DNA of 64,000 bases from Octopus vulgaris (GCA_951406725.2 OX597826.1:3038001-3102000); one strand, 5' to 3'; shown: positions 27,452 through 39,951, numbered from the stretch's first letter. Made by a program: numbers and translations. The notes: generated by a model not told the origin, from the sequence alone.

Positions 27452-27498
27452 TCCTGATGATTTCTTTTGAATGAAACAGTTCTAGTCCTGTAGAAGCT
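27448..27498 (+). ncRNA. Minimal type-I hammerhead ribozyme motif (CUGAUGA core)
   Basis: AGCTTC(27448-53) CTGATGA(27454-60) tttcttttgaat GAAA(27473-76) CAG ttctagtc CTG TA(27491-92) GAAGCT(27493-98); predicted cut after 27492. Confidence 0.7.
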
Positions 27499-27581
27499 CC
27501 TTCTATAAAATAAATTAATTTACTCTGCTATGTATTGAGTACCTTATTTACTGTTGGTTAACCCCGACTCAACCCGGGACC

Positions 27582-27620
<39 letters not shown>

Positions 27621-27624
<4 letters not shown>

Positions 27625-27749
27625 CTTGGGCGAGTGTCTTCTACTACAGCCTCGGGCCAAACAAAGCCTTGCGAGTGGATTTGGTAGGCGGAAGGTGTAA
27701 GAAACCCGTCGTATATATGTGCGTGTGTGTATATATATACATACATACG

Positions 27750-27788
<39 letters not shown>

Positions 27789-28020
27789 ATGTATATGTAT
27801 TTATATATGTTTGTGTGCGTATACGCTTGTGCGTCTGTGTTTGTCCTCCCAACCGATTCCGGTGTTATGTCCCCATAACTTAAGTGCTTCGGCAATAGAG
27901 ACCGATAGAATAAGTACTAGGCTTCCAAAGAATAAGTCCTAGTGTCGATTTGCTCGACTAAAGGCAGTGCTCCAGCATGGTCACAGTCAAATAACTGAAA
28001 TAAGTAAAAGGGTAAAAGAG
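27621..28020 (+). mobile_element. SINE family B lacking its tRNA head
   Basis: starts caccttgggcgagtgtcttctac, ends gactaaaggcagtgctccagcatgg...gtaaaagag. Confidence 0.9.
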
Positions 28021-28959
28021 TATATATATATAAACACACACACACACATATATATATTTATATATATATATATATATACTTAAAGAAGAGTGTATAATTG
28101 TGAAAAAATCACAACTATAACGGAGAGGGTTATAAAGTCTCTCACATTTCTAGAAATACTAGTCAAAACGCTAAATAGCTACTATAAACTCTCATATTAT
28201 TTCTCCTGAACTATAAAAGATGTCGGCTAGTGACATGATATAAAGAATTCAAAATTTAAATAAAAATAAAAGATTTAGTTCACTATTGCAATTTCGATGT
28301 TAGGAAACAAAACGGATCCATTCTTCTCTTCGGGACATTTCAGCCCATATAAAAAAATTAAAAAAAACATACCTTGAGGCTTACCACGCGTCGTGACCGG
28401 CAAGAATAAAGTGTCACCGTCTATTTACACAATTCAGATTCTGAATTCAAACGTCATGTACAGTGTTTATAAGACGGGACCAGTTCAACGAATCACAGAG
28501 AAAAACTGGATATGAGTGAACAATAAATAATAAAAGAGGAATGAATGTAAAATTTCATTACGCAGGATATAATACAAACAATTCAAAATTATATTTCGAT
28601 TTTGGTTTTGGTCTGCAAGATTCTTTATGTGAGCTCGTGTGTTGAAGCATATTCTGTTGTGTCTGGGGAGAGTCATTTTTAAGGTTGCGAGCCGCAACTA
28701 AAATTTTAGGAAAACGAAAATAATGAATAAGTGGAAATTTTACCGGTGAGTGTGTTAAATTATAAGGCACAAAAATAAAATGACTCTCCCCAGACACAAC
28801 AGAATTCAAAATTATTTACGAATATGTCAGTAATATATATTATTTGCGAATATATCAGATCATGCTATTAAATAGCAGTCTAGCCGCTAAAAAGCCAATT
28901 ATAAACACTCATAACTCTCACCCAGAAAAGCTGTCGGCGAGCAACCGACAAGGTGAGTC

Positions 28960-29108
28960 CATTATTTACCTTATTTACATTTGACGGATGTTTGTCCTCA
29001 TCTTGTTTGTTGTTAACACAACGTTTCGGTTGATATACCCTCCAGCCCTCATTAGGTGTCTTGGGGAAATTTCGAACCTGGGTTCTCATCCTAAGGTATT
29101 TTTAGATG

Positions 29109-29194
<86 letters not shown>

Positions 29195-29387
29195 GAGTGA
29201 GCGAGCAGAGCATGCCATCAAAGTGACACTGGGGTAAAATATACGAAGCCCAGCATACCCATCATGACTACCCGTCTGATAAGGGTACACCAGGCATATG
29301 CATCACAACCATATGTGCGCGACATGGTGATCTCATATCAAGATAAACAGCACATGACCTTGCAGGTGGAGCCCAGTTAGAATTTTC

Positions 29388-29442
<55 letters not shown>

Positions 29443-29520
29443 TCACTGTTTGGAATCGAACTCGTAATCTTGGCGTTAGTAGGCCGCGCCCTTAACCACT
29501 ACGCCCTATGCCCGTGGGGC
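28960..29520 (-). mobile_element. tRNA-headed SINE family D with internal TAA tract and hammerhead-like 3' region
   Basis: minus strand ggcgtagtggttaag (A box) ... gagttcgattcc (B box) ... (TAA)n ... gacacctaatgagggctgg..gaaacgttgtgtt...ccgtcaaatgtaaataa. Confidence 0.8.
29194..29390 (-). mobile_element. TAA-tailed retroposon family T, 5'-truncated, nested in the TAA tract of the family D SINE
   Basis: reverse complement of ~4850-5045; (TTA)n on both sides. Confidence 0.88.
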
Positions 29521-30423
29521 ACATGTGTGTGAGTAAATGCGTGATTTGGTTTTGTTTTTTGCCATTCACACAAATTTTAGCGTTATGGTAACAGAGAATA
29601 TCCTATTACTTGATACATCTGTTATCGTGTTCATTCAGAGCACGGATATTGTGTTTACATGACCTTTGCCCTATGGAAGCTATTTCGAAAGCTTTTGATT
29701 TGGACAATCTAGAGGTAATTAGGTTGAAGCCTATAATTAATGCTCATATCCATGTATTCCACCGTTTTTGGTATCCGCCGGATACGTAAAAGAAACTTGA
29801 ACCGGCTTTTCAGTTTATCTAGCGAGACGAATAAATATATCTACCATTGCAACCCTTTTTCTCTCTGTAATAGATGAAAGGTTCTAATTTTTTTCCAACT
29901 GAAGAAGGAAGAAAAAAACGCAGTACATAAATTTTAAATGATTGATTTATAACAAATGTCAAATATGTAAATATTTCTTGAGATGTTCAAAGTATATAAT
30001 AAAAATGGTTTTTCTAACCTGAGTCATATAATCTTTTTTTGAAGAATTTATGGAGTAATATATAGACAAATAAAAAACGGTAATTTTTTAAAATGTTTCA
30101 AAAGTTTTTAGTGTTCCTGTAATAAATTGATGTTATGTGGCTTTAATTAAACATCAAAAGAAAACCTTATTAGCCCTGACTTTATCTTGTCCATAAAATC
30201 GTGTCGGCAGGAAATTATTTGGTGGGTGAAAGTGGGTGCAAAATCACTAATAATTATGCACACAGATAGAGACAAAAACACAAATATACATACATTAACA
30301 CAAAACGTACATACACATTCACACACACACAGACACATATACAAATATTTATATACCTATATATAAAATGTACGTACTTTTTCATATATACAAGCATATA
30401 CATATAGATATATGTGTGTGTAA

Positions 30424-30454
<31 letters not shown>

Positions 30455-31471
30455 AGACATAAATACATATACATATATATATAGAGAGAGAGAGGGGGGA
30501 TAAAGGGGGAGGAAGAGAGGCACACGTGAGAGAGAGGGAGGAGAGAGATACATCCATCCGTAGTTGAATATATGCGTCACATGAACATTTACATATGACA
30601 AAATTTCATATCCGTTACGGATATATCAATACTTTCTCGATAATTATATACAATCTCTCACACATACACACCGATGTTCACACTATATCTCTACATACAT
30701 TCGAATGTGTGTGTGTGTGTATGTGTGTGTATGCACGAGAGCTTATGTCTGCTTGTACATAACACTTGATATCTCTGTCTTGTGCATTATGTACCCTCTC
30801 CTGCCCTGTAAGAAATACGCACCCAGTTTTATAAGCTTAGCACCAAGTGTATACGCTTTAACTCATCTGCTACAGCGTAACGCGAGAAGATCAATCATAA
30901 CCATTATACTTTAGGCGTTGTCAATCAATCTAGCAAACAACCTAGAAAGAAATGAAGTTCGCACACTTGCACAAAATATAATATTGTAACAATACTATGA
31001 GTATTATATTGTGAGACGCAATGAAGATTTGGTAACTCTTGCTAGCGTGTGAATCGCGGCACGGAGACCAATCCCGAAAACTGTGCCTTGTCCTGGCGTT
31101 GGTTAAAGAAAATTAGGATCTTAAGAAAGACCATTGTTTGTATGTATGCATGTATGTATGTTCTTATGTATGTATTTATATGTATATTTACGTATGTATG
31201 CATGAATGTGTATGTTTTTTACATATATGTATATTACATAGGTATTTAAATATACAAACACACACACATATATGTATACACTGTATATATATATATATAA
31301 TGGCGAGATCCCTTTGTCACAAGAATTGATTACTTCACAATATCCCTTGAAAAGCTAGTTTAAATAGCGAAAATCGGTTGGATATCACTACATCCATGTG
31401 AAATCTATATATTTAAAATAATTTTTAATAAAAAGATATTAATCTATGTGAAACGAAGCCATTTCTCTTCC

Positions 31472-31511
<40 letters not shown>

Positions 31512-31544
31512 GCGTACATACATACACACATCTATATATCTATG

Positions 31545-31575
<31 letters not shown>

Positions 31576-32675
31576 ATGTATATATATATATCTGTATATA
31601 AATAGATATAAAAATTTATATTTATATATATATGAACCATTGCAGAGCACTCTTTTAGAGTATAGATTCTCTTTTATTTTCCTAATCCAGAAACCTTTCA
31701 TGCGCTGACTAATGCGTATTTGCGTTGGCTTCAACAGATTTATCGTAGGCACATGTGATATTTCAGGATGGAAGCATAATCCGCAAATATAAATATCGAA
31801 ATTAATCATTGATAAATTGACAAATATTTAAAATTCGTTCATGTTTTATAGCTTCTGGTGGTCTTCTATTTTGAAGCAAATGTATGAGAAAAGTTGTTAG
31901 CTAACATTTCAGGATCTTTACCCAACGGAGTACACTTTCTGTCTGCCTTCTCTTTCTCATTTTCTCATCGTCTTTCTTATCGTTCAGCGATTACATTGTG
32001 AAATATTATCTTGTCATTTCTCAGATGATGACGGAGGATAACATGTGACTTCATGGATATTTGTGCACTATCACTTCAAAAAATCGATTAGTAACCACTG
32101 AAAGAAAATAATATAAAAGAATAACAGAAAATAATAATTATTGGGGGGGGGTGCAACTGACAGAAAGGGCAGAAAATTGGCAGGAAGAGCACCAGTCTAG
32201 CAGAAACCTTTTGCACAGAACGGACAAAATGTAAGTGAAATATCCAGCACTTTATGTTCTCAGTTGAAATGCACCTAGTAAACCACTGCCTTTCATCATT
32301 TCGGGGCTGACAAAATAAGCCCTGTGTTTTCGCCCTATATTCGATGCAAAACACTAAAATCCACCGCATAGAAAAAAGGTTCCATTCTTCCAAAACTTGA
32401 AAAAAATATGTAATAATAACGATAATTCATTCTTCTTTAGGCACAAGAGCTGGCATCTAATACATCGACTAGTATTTATTAGATCGGCCCGAAATTATAA
32501 AGGCATAGTCGACTTTAGCAGAATTCGAGATCGCCTTTGCATTTCATCTTTTCCATTCTACAATGTAAGCACCACTAAAGCATCTGAGACGATATATACG
32601 GCTTCCATCTTACCTTTGAACTGCTGGCACGGTGCCAAAATGTCAAAATCCGTTATCATTAGTATTGCTGTTGTC

Positions 32676-32998
32676 ATCATTATCATCATTATCATTTTCA
32701 ACACCACCGCCGCCATCACTGCCACCACCACCACCACCACCACCATCACAACCACAAGCACAACGACCACCACTACAAACACCACCAGCACCACCAGCAC
32801 CAGCATCATCACCATCACTAGCACAACCACCACCAGCACCACAACCACAACCAGCACCAGCACCAGCACCACCACCACCACCAACACCACAGCCAAAACC
32901 ACCACGACCACCACCACCATCAACACCACCACTATCATTGTCGTCATCGTCATCATCGTCACCGTCATCATCATTATCATCATCATCATCATCATCAT
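32676..32998. repeat. Degenerate (CAC)n/(CAT)n trinucleotide low-complexity tract
   Basis: direct reading; source of the poly-T, poly-P and poly-V ORFs. Confidence 0.9.
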
Positions 32999-33265
32999 TG
33001 CTCCTATTATTATACTTAGAACTTATGTAAATGAAATTGGTAATTGAACGAAAATTTGTAATTTACGAAATATATGGCCGGTTGTTACACATGAAAGTTC
33101 ACAATTTCCCATTTATGTTCCGCCTCTTGGATAAAATAAGGGGTCGCATGTGGCATCAACTCAGTAATATATCAAACATCCATATATTCGCACAGACATA
33201 ACATGCACTTGACGTCTAAACATGCGCAGAAGCACATGCATTATATATATATATATATATATATA

Positions 33266-33310
33266 TGGCGGTGCCCCAGCATGGCCACAGCTCATAGTCT
33301 GGAACTGGAA
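33266..33310 (+). mobile_element. SINE 3' tail fragment (family B variant) between TA tracts
   Basis: same sequence as 12663-12720. Confidence 0.6.
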
Positions 33311-33317
33311 TCTATCT

Positions 33318-33376
<59 letters not shown>

Positions 33377-33423
33377 CTGTGCCTGCATATGTGTTTATAT
33401 ATGCAGATATACGTATATAGGTG

Positions 33424-33476
<53 letters not shown>

Positions 33477-33481
33477 GTATG

Positions 33482-33522
<41 letters not shown>

Positions 33523-33588
33523 GTCTATCTATATATATATATATATGTGTGTGTTTATATAAATATATATATACATACTCATGCCTAA

Positions 33589-33662
<74 letters not shown>

Positions 33663-34148
33663 TGGTTTATGCTTATTAAGGAGATGCATTGCTATCATAT
33701 TTCCGTTGCCTACCCCGCATATTATCAATGACGCCGCGTGACATTAAATTCCCTCAACCGATATTATTATCTTCGATGTCCTCATGAATATTTAAATTCC
33801 AAACTACTCTTTGACGTCACACAACAAATATAATAAATAAGGAGCTCAGTGTGAAGTCTAATATTGTTTTCTCTCAGAATTACGTCCCTTTATCAGATCG
33901 AGATGCCAGTGTCTTTTGCCGTCAAGTATTATTCAGCATCTGAATTTTATGAAATATATTCTTCACCTTTCCTTAAATATTTGATCTTTGCTCAAGCTTG
34001 ACATTCTTCTCTAATTACATGAAGGTAGATTACTCATTGTTTGTTTCCATCATTTCGGTATCGATAAAGTATAATACAATCAGTCACTAGTATGGTCATA
34101 TTTCTACGATGTCTGTATAGTAAATAGATCACAAATAATAATTTAGAC

Positions 34149-34349
34149 CAGCATTTTTCTCAACCATTTTTCTCAACCCTCAAAACAAGTCAATGTTTAA
34201 AACATTCGTATTATATTTTAAGTATAAAATTTTATTAAGAACTGGATGAAAAATTTGAGTAATCTAGAAGTATCGCACTTTTTTGCACATCGATTTTAAC
34301 GACAAAATCTTATATGGACACGCAAGAGTCATATGGTTTTGAACCACTG
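34149..34349. mobile_element. hAT (Charlie-like) MITE
   Basis: ends cagcatttttctcaacc / ggttttgaaccactg; 8-bp target duplication atttagac (34141-48) / atttagat (34350-57). Confidence 0.7.
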
Positions 34350-35090
34350 ATTTAGATTTTAAAATTCTCTGCTCTAGTGAAGTTCACAGGGGATAATTTC
34401 TCTCTGATTTCTATTGCATCGGAAACAGTCTATAATTTTACCGCATGACTAGCAGTAACTATATTGATAAAAATCTGTGTACTGAAAATGAAAGTTGTTA
34501 CACTCATCGGGATAGGATGCGCCGCCATCACTGCTTTCGATATAAATCATTTTAACCGCATTTTGAACAGCATTTTTATGCAACATGTTTTTTTCAATCT
34601 ACAAAATTTCAGCACATTTTATGACTTGTTAGTAAATTCCAATAGTATTAAATACTATTGGATTTTACTCATAAGGTATTGGAATCTTACATGTATACCA
34701 TTCTACCTAAATAATGGATCTACAAATGCAATATCCCTTCATATATCACATCTGTTTTTATTCCTCCACTTCACTCTCTATTTCGTATCATATCTAAATT
34801 AACTATTGCTTAAACATCTTCGATGTAGGGATGTAATAAATATCAGTGAAACAGCTGTAAGACATTCTATTTATAAATGTTCGAAAATCTTGACAGCCTT
34901 GTTTTCTTTTATCTCATTCTGAATTTTTTTTTTATATATACACATGCTGATATATGATCTACGTTAGACACTTTATTCTCATAATAACCGAACCTAGAGT
35001 GTAACTATGGTTTATTCATAAGACTTGCTCAGCCTTACCTAACACCTTTGGGTCATTACTGACACCATTACCTCTCATACACACACACAC

Positions 35091-35127
<37 letters not shown>

Positions 35128-35240
35128 AATACATGTTACGATATGAAAAAGTGTATAACATTCTTCTAACATAACGACTTAAATATATTCTTTAACCTTA
35201 TAAAACAAGCCTTCTGTAGTTTTTACACTCTTTTCTATCT

Positions 35241-35295
<55 letters not shown>

Positions 35296-35327
35296 TACTG
35301 TAACTATATAGTTTGCATCTCTCTCTG

Positions 35328-35360
<33 letters not shown>

Positions 35361-36147
35361 AGATAGACAAATAGATAGATAGAAAGATAGATAGATAGAT
35401 AGATTGATAGACAGATAGATAGATAGAGAGAGAGAGAGACTGCAGTATGATTATATTGCAAGCAGACAAATTTGGTTTGTCTTATTCGTCTTAATTCTAA
35501 TTGTATTCATGTAACTGTGCTATATGCGGTATATATAGAGATGTAATTTTATTATCTAAGAAAGATTATTTAAAAGCATCTAGCTAAAGGTGAATTTAAT
35601 ATTGTCATCTCATCTATAGTGATAATTCGAGTAAACTATTACTAGCAAAAATAAACTTAGGTTTTCTAGAATGCAATTACATAAATGAAAGCTGGCATAC
35701 GTAAACATACTTCAAATAAGTACACTGTTTATAAATCTGATCATTATTATATCTAAAACCGACTATTTATTGATTGTATGAATAATATTTATTTTCTATG
35801 TGCTATGTGTTTACGTGTTTTGAAAGTAATAGTCCGAAAGGAATATTAAATAGTGCTTATGTCCTATAATATTTTAATTTTCTTAGTGAGAATGGAAATA
35901 AATGTTGAAAGAAGAAAAGAAAATCAAAATATCTGAGTCTGGCATTTGGTATGATCATGCATTTTCAATTAATATGAAAGAAAATTCGCTGACGTACTGT
36001 AAGAAAGAATACATATTTCAGACTGATATATACATTATGTGTAGAATATCTTATGGCTTTTATGTAGGCCAAGGAAAATCAAATCATGTTTCGATTATCG
36101 GACTGAGAGAGAGGGGGGACAGAGAACAGATAAAGAGAGATAGAAAT

Positions 36148-36178
<31 letters not shown>

Positions 36179-36550
36179 GAAATTTTAGATTTATGAGTAC
36201 ATAGTGTATCGTCATGAAGTTAAATGTAATTTCCTCGGCAATAATATTCATTTATAGTGTTACGATCATAATTTGGAAACTATGAAATATATATTCATTC
36301 ATTGCCTGAGAATAACGCAGAATACGAACATAATTAATTCTCTAACTCTCTGATACTGTAATTTAAGGGAAGGATGGTATATCCACAAGCCTATACAATA
36401 TACATTTCTCAACTTTAACCTGGTTCGCATTATATTTGTAATAATACGTAAGGTAACTGAGTATTATGTACATCCACGATGTGAAGACTCAGGCTTCTCA
36501 TGCCCTGTTTACTATCCATATTGAGGATCTGTCTATGATATAATTATTCC

Positions 36551-36747
36551 TAAGGTGGGGAGCTGAAAGAATCGTTACTGTGCCGAGTTAGATGCTTATC
36601 GGTATTTCGTCCATTTTTACGTTCTGAGTTGAAAACCGCCGAGGTCAATTTTGTCTTCCATCTTTTCGGGATCGATGAAATAAATACCACTTGAGTACTG
36701 GAATCGAACCTCCTAGTCTTGTGCCACAATTTGAAACCAATATTATT
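36551..36747 (+). mobile_element. SINE family A, diverged
   Basis: taaggtggggagctgaaagaatcgtta...ttacgttctgagttgaaaaccgccgaggtc...cttttcgggatcgatgaaa. Confidence 0.85.
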
Positions 36748-37011
36748 ATTACTCCTTCGTTAAAAACTTGGGCAAGTAATCGATTCTAAATCTAATATGT
36801 ATGGTTGAGAAAATATTAATAATTCAAAACAAGAGCAATGAAACGGATGATTAAATATTACACGAGGTCAACGAGGTATTAAAATATGATTTTATTATTA
36901 TAAACCTGAATAAGGAACAATATCAATTTATTTCTATCATTTCAAATTGATTGGAAATAGGTGACAATTTGGTTAGTTGAAATAATATATATATATACAT
37001 ATATGTATGTG

Positions 37012-37089
<78 letters not shown>

Positions 37090-37248
37090 AAATTCTATTC
37101 ATTACTATAAGCTGAGGAATATAACTGAATGTTTTAAGATATATTGTATCAGTAACCTTTTCAAATTGTTGGGACTTTCAAAATACAAAGTATCGCAGAT
37201 GTGTGTCCAGCTATGAGAAGAAAAACGTCGAATCACCGTCCGTGGGTC

Positions 37249-37338
37249 ATCAGAGGATGTGCCGCTTAGTTAGGTGAGTAATCAGAGGATATGCATATTA
37301 GTTAGGTGAGTAATCAGAGGATATGTGCAGATTAGTTA
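37249..37338 (+). repeat. 32-bp tandem repeat (~2.8 units) inside the mariner relic
   Basis: atcagaggat...ttagttaggtgagta starting at 37249, 37281 and 37313. Confidence 0.85.
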
Positions 37339-37667
37339 CCATCCAGTTCAGTCCATTATCACTGAAGATTTGTGTCTGAGAATCGGTCTGTCAAGTTTGT
37401 GCCAAAACTGCTTTCAGCTGACCAAAAAGACAATCGTGTTTCAGTTGCACAAGACCTGCTTGAGGGTGTCGAGAAGGACGAAAACATTTTGAAAATGATT
37501 ATAATGGGGGGTTAGGTCGTGGGTCTAAGTCTATGACTCCGAAACTTAAGCCCAGTTTTCGCAGTGGAAGACCCCAACCTCTCTGTAACCGAAGAAAGCA
37601 CGAAAGGCGAAACAATATAAAGAAACGGTTGAGCGTTTCCTTCGACTACAATGGTATTGTTCATCAT

Positions 37668-37883
37668 TTAAGGCGGCGAGCTGGCAGAAGCGTTAGCACG
37701 CCGGGCGAAATGCGTAGCCGTTCTGAGTTCAAGTTCCCACGAGGTCGACTTTTCCTTTCATACTTTCGTGGTCGATAAATTAAGTACCAGTTACGCACTG
37801 GGGTCGATATAATCGACTTGATCCGTTTGTCTGTCCTTGTTTGTCGTCTCTGTGTTTGGCCCCTTGTGGGTTGTAAAGAAATA
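37668..37883 (+). mobile_element. SINE family A with 15-bp TSD
   Basis: aaggcggcgagctggcagaagcgttagcacgccggg...gtaaagaaata; TSD GGTATTGTTCATCAT at 37653-67 and 37884-98. Confidence 0.95.
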
Positions 37884-38687
37884 GGTATTGTTCATCATGA
37901 GTATGGTCCACCTGGTCAGACAGTAAACAAAGCGTATTATCTGGACGTCTTGCGGCGTTTACAGGACGCCATTCGTCGGTAAATGCCACAATTGCATGCG
38001 TTTGGCGAGTGGCAATTTCACCATGTAAATGCACCTGCCATTTAGCACAGCTTGTGCAGCTGTTTTTGGCCAGGCAGAGTGTTTCCCAGATTTGACAGCC
38101 ACCGTGTTCCTCAAATCTTGCCTCCCTGCGTCTTTTTCGCCTTTCCAAAAATCAAACCCACGTGAAAGAAAATCTTAGGTTGTCGAGGAAATCCAATTGA
38201 ATTCGACGAGACGGCTACCGATTATCACCGAAAACGAGTTCCAGGAATGCTTCCATCAACAGAAACAACACTGGACTGAGTGGGTCGCTTTCAAAGGGGG
38301 CCACTTTGAGGAGATTAAATGCCAAATTATTACGTATTATAGCTTCGATTTTATAGCACCAGTCTGGATACTTATTGATCAGACCTTGTATATAATGAAG
38401 GCCGATATATGCGTTCGCTTTCAGGAATAACATAACGCCAACCAGATCCATCTGTGAGTCTGAAAAGATGAAGCTACAAGCCTTTTAATACGACAATCTG
38501 TGTAATGGCCTACATTACAATCCCGCAAAGAATGGCTTATCTATGTTCCATGGTGCAGACCCTACAGTTTTCTTAATTCGAACATCTGTAATCACCTCAA
38601 ATACATTCTTAATGATGGTGACCAATTCCATTTCTTTGATGTCTGACACAATGACAGTGACGATTGACTTTACATACGACGCGGTCT

Positions 38688-38736
<49 letters not shown>

Positions 38737-39789
38737 ATGTGTGTGTATGTGTGTGTATGCGTGTGTGTGCATCTATATACCTATAAGTTTTGTGGGTACG
38801 CACGTCTATTTGACTGAGTGTCATTGTGTCTGCTTGTGAGTGGGTGTGTATGTGTGTGCATGAGTGCATGGGATGGGTGAGTATGTGATATTCTGTGAGT
38901 ATATATCCATAGGATATATCATATAAACATTGCACATATACTTAAATTTAAAGTGTCCGCTCAATTTTATATATTTGATGAAGTGTTTTCTCAAGATAAA
39001 CGCTGACTATTCTATCACAAGTGCATTGGTGACAAATACAATATGTGGAATATCAATATGTCACAGATCTCTCTGTGATTTTCTCTGTGAGTTTATATGT
39101 GAGTTTGTGCTAGAAAAGACCAAGAGATTGTGTATGGGAATGAAACAAAGAACACGATGGAGTGGTAACCTTTGCAATCATTCTTATTGGCAACGAGACA
39201 GGATTTTTGTCACGTACGCGCTACGTATATATATACAATAATTATACGACTATATACATTGACGGATATTGTCAGATAAATACTTGAGGACAGGAGAGTA
39301 ACAGAAATTGCAATATAAACAGTTGTTATAGATGCTGTTATAAGACAGAGACCTAAAGAATAAAGTAGAAAAAAAAAGAAATACTTTAAGTAAGTATGAA
39401 TAAATCTTAGTAAGTTTATGTCAGATGTATTTTGTGAACATGGATCGTAAATATAGACAGAAAATACATTGAGAGGAGAAGTTTGACACTTGGCAGGCTT
39501 TGTTTAATTTTCTAATATGCCATTCAATTACGATTTTTGAATTATTATTTGAATTTATTTGTATTATTCTTTTTTTAAAATAGTTCAAATCACACTAGGA
39601 AGCCATCGAAAATTTGTCTAGAGCATATAAGAAATAATTACATCTCTCATTCTCTCCTTCTCGCTCTCTCTCTATCTCTTTCCCTTTTTCTCGAATAATA
39701 TGTACACACACACACACACACACATACACACATATACATATATATATACATATATATGTAGAGAGACACATATACATATATATACACAC

Positions 39790-39857
<68 letters not shown>

Positions 39858-39951
39858 AGATATATATAAATACACACAGAAGCACACGTACACGCACACA
39901 AATACAGACGCAAGCACAAACATATATTCGGAAAGTTTAGATTAGATAGAT

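Larger units (their letters stand above)
27381..27582 (+). mobile_element. Palindromic hammerhead-bearing element, copy 2
   Basis: perfect 132-bp palindrome 27384-27515 plus unique tail ending aacccgggacct; (TA)n on both sides. Confidence 0.85.
37190..38390 (+). mobile_element. Decayed mariner (DD34D-type) transposon, 5'-truncated, interrupted by a SINE
   Basis: KFVPKLLSADQKDNRVSVAQDLL, FDYNGIVHH|EYGPPGQTVNKAYYLDVLRRL, WQFHHVNAPA, PPCSSNLAS; 3' TIR gtctggatacttattgatcagaccttgta. Confidence 0.9.

Noticed and set aside
29440-29506. tRNA-like sequence on the minus strand
   Set aside because: A and B boxes are present but there is no acceptor stem, and it continues into a SINE body; treated as a SINE head, as are the family A, B and C heads
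32397-33047. 216-aa mucin-like ORF with poly-Thr flanked by hydrophobic runs
   Set aside because: Explained by a CAC/CAT trinucleotide tract that is open in several frames on both strands; no splice or homology support
33812-33819. Perfect CRE TGACGTCA
   Set aside because: A single 8-mer is expected by chance at about this frequency; no supporting context
37249-37338. Repeat-spacer look resembling a CRISPR array
   Set aside because: Only ~3 adjacent units with related, not unique, intervening sequence; eukaryotic context and no cas genes
38470-38690. Possible RTE-like 3' coding remnant (KKWNW on the minus strand)
   Set aside because: One short motif only; not enough to call
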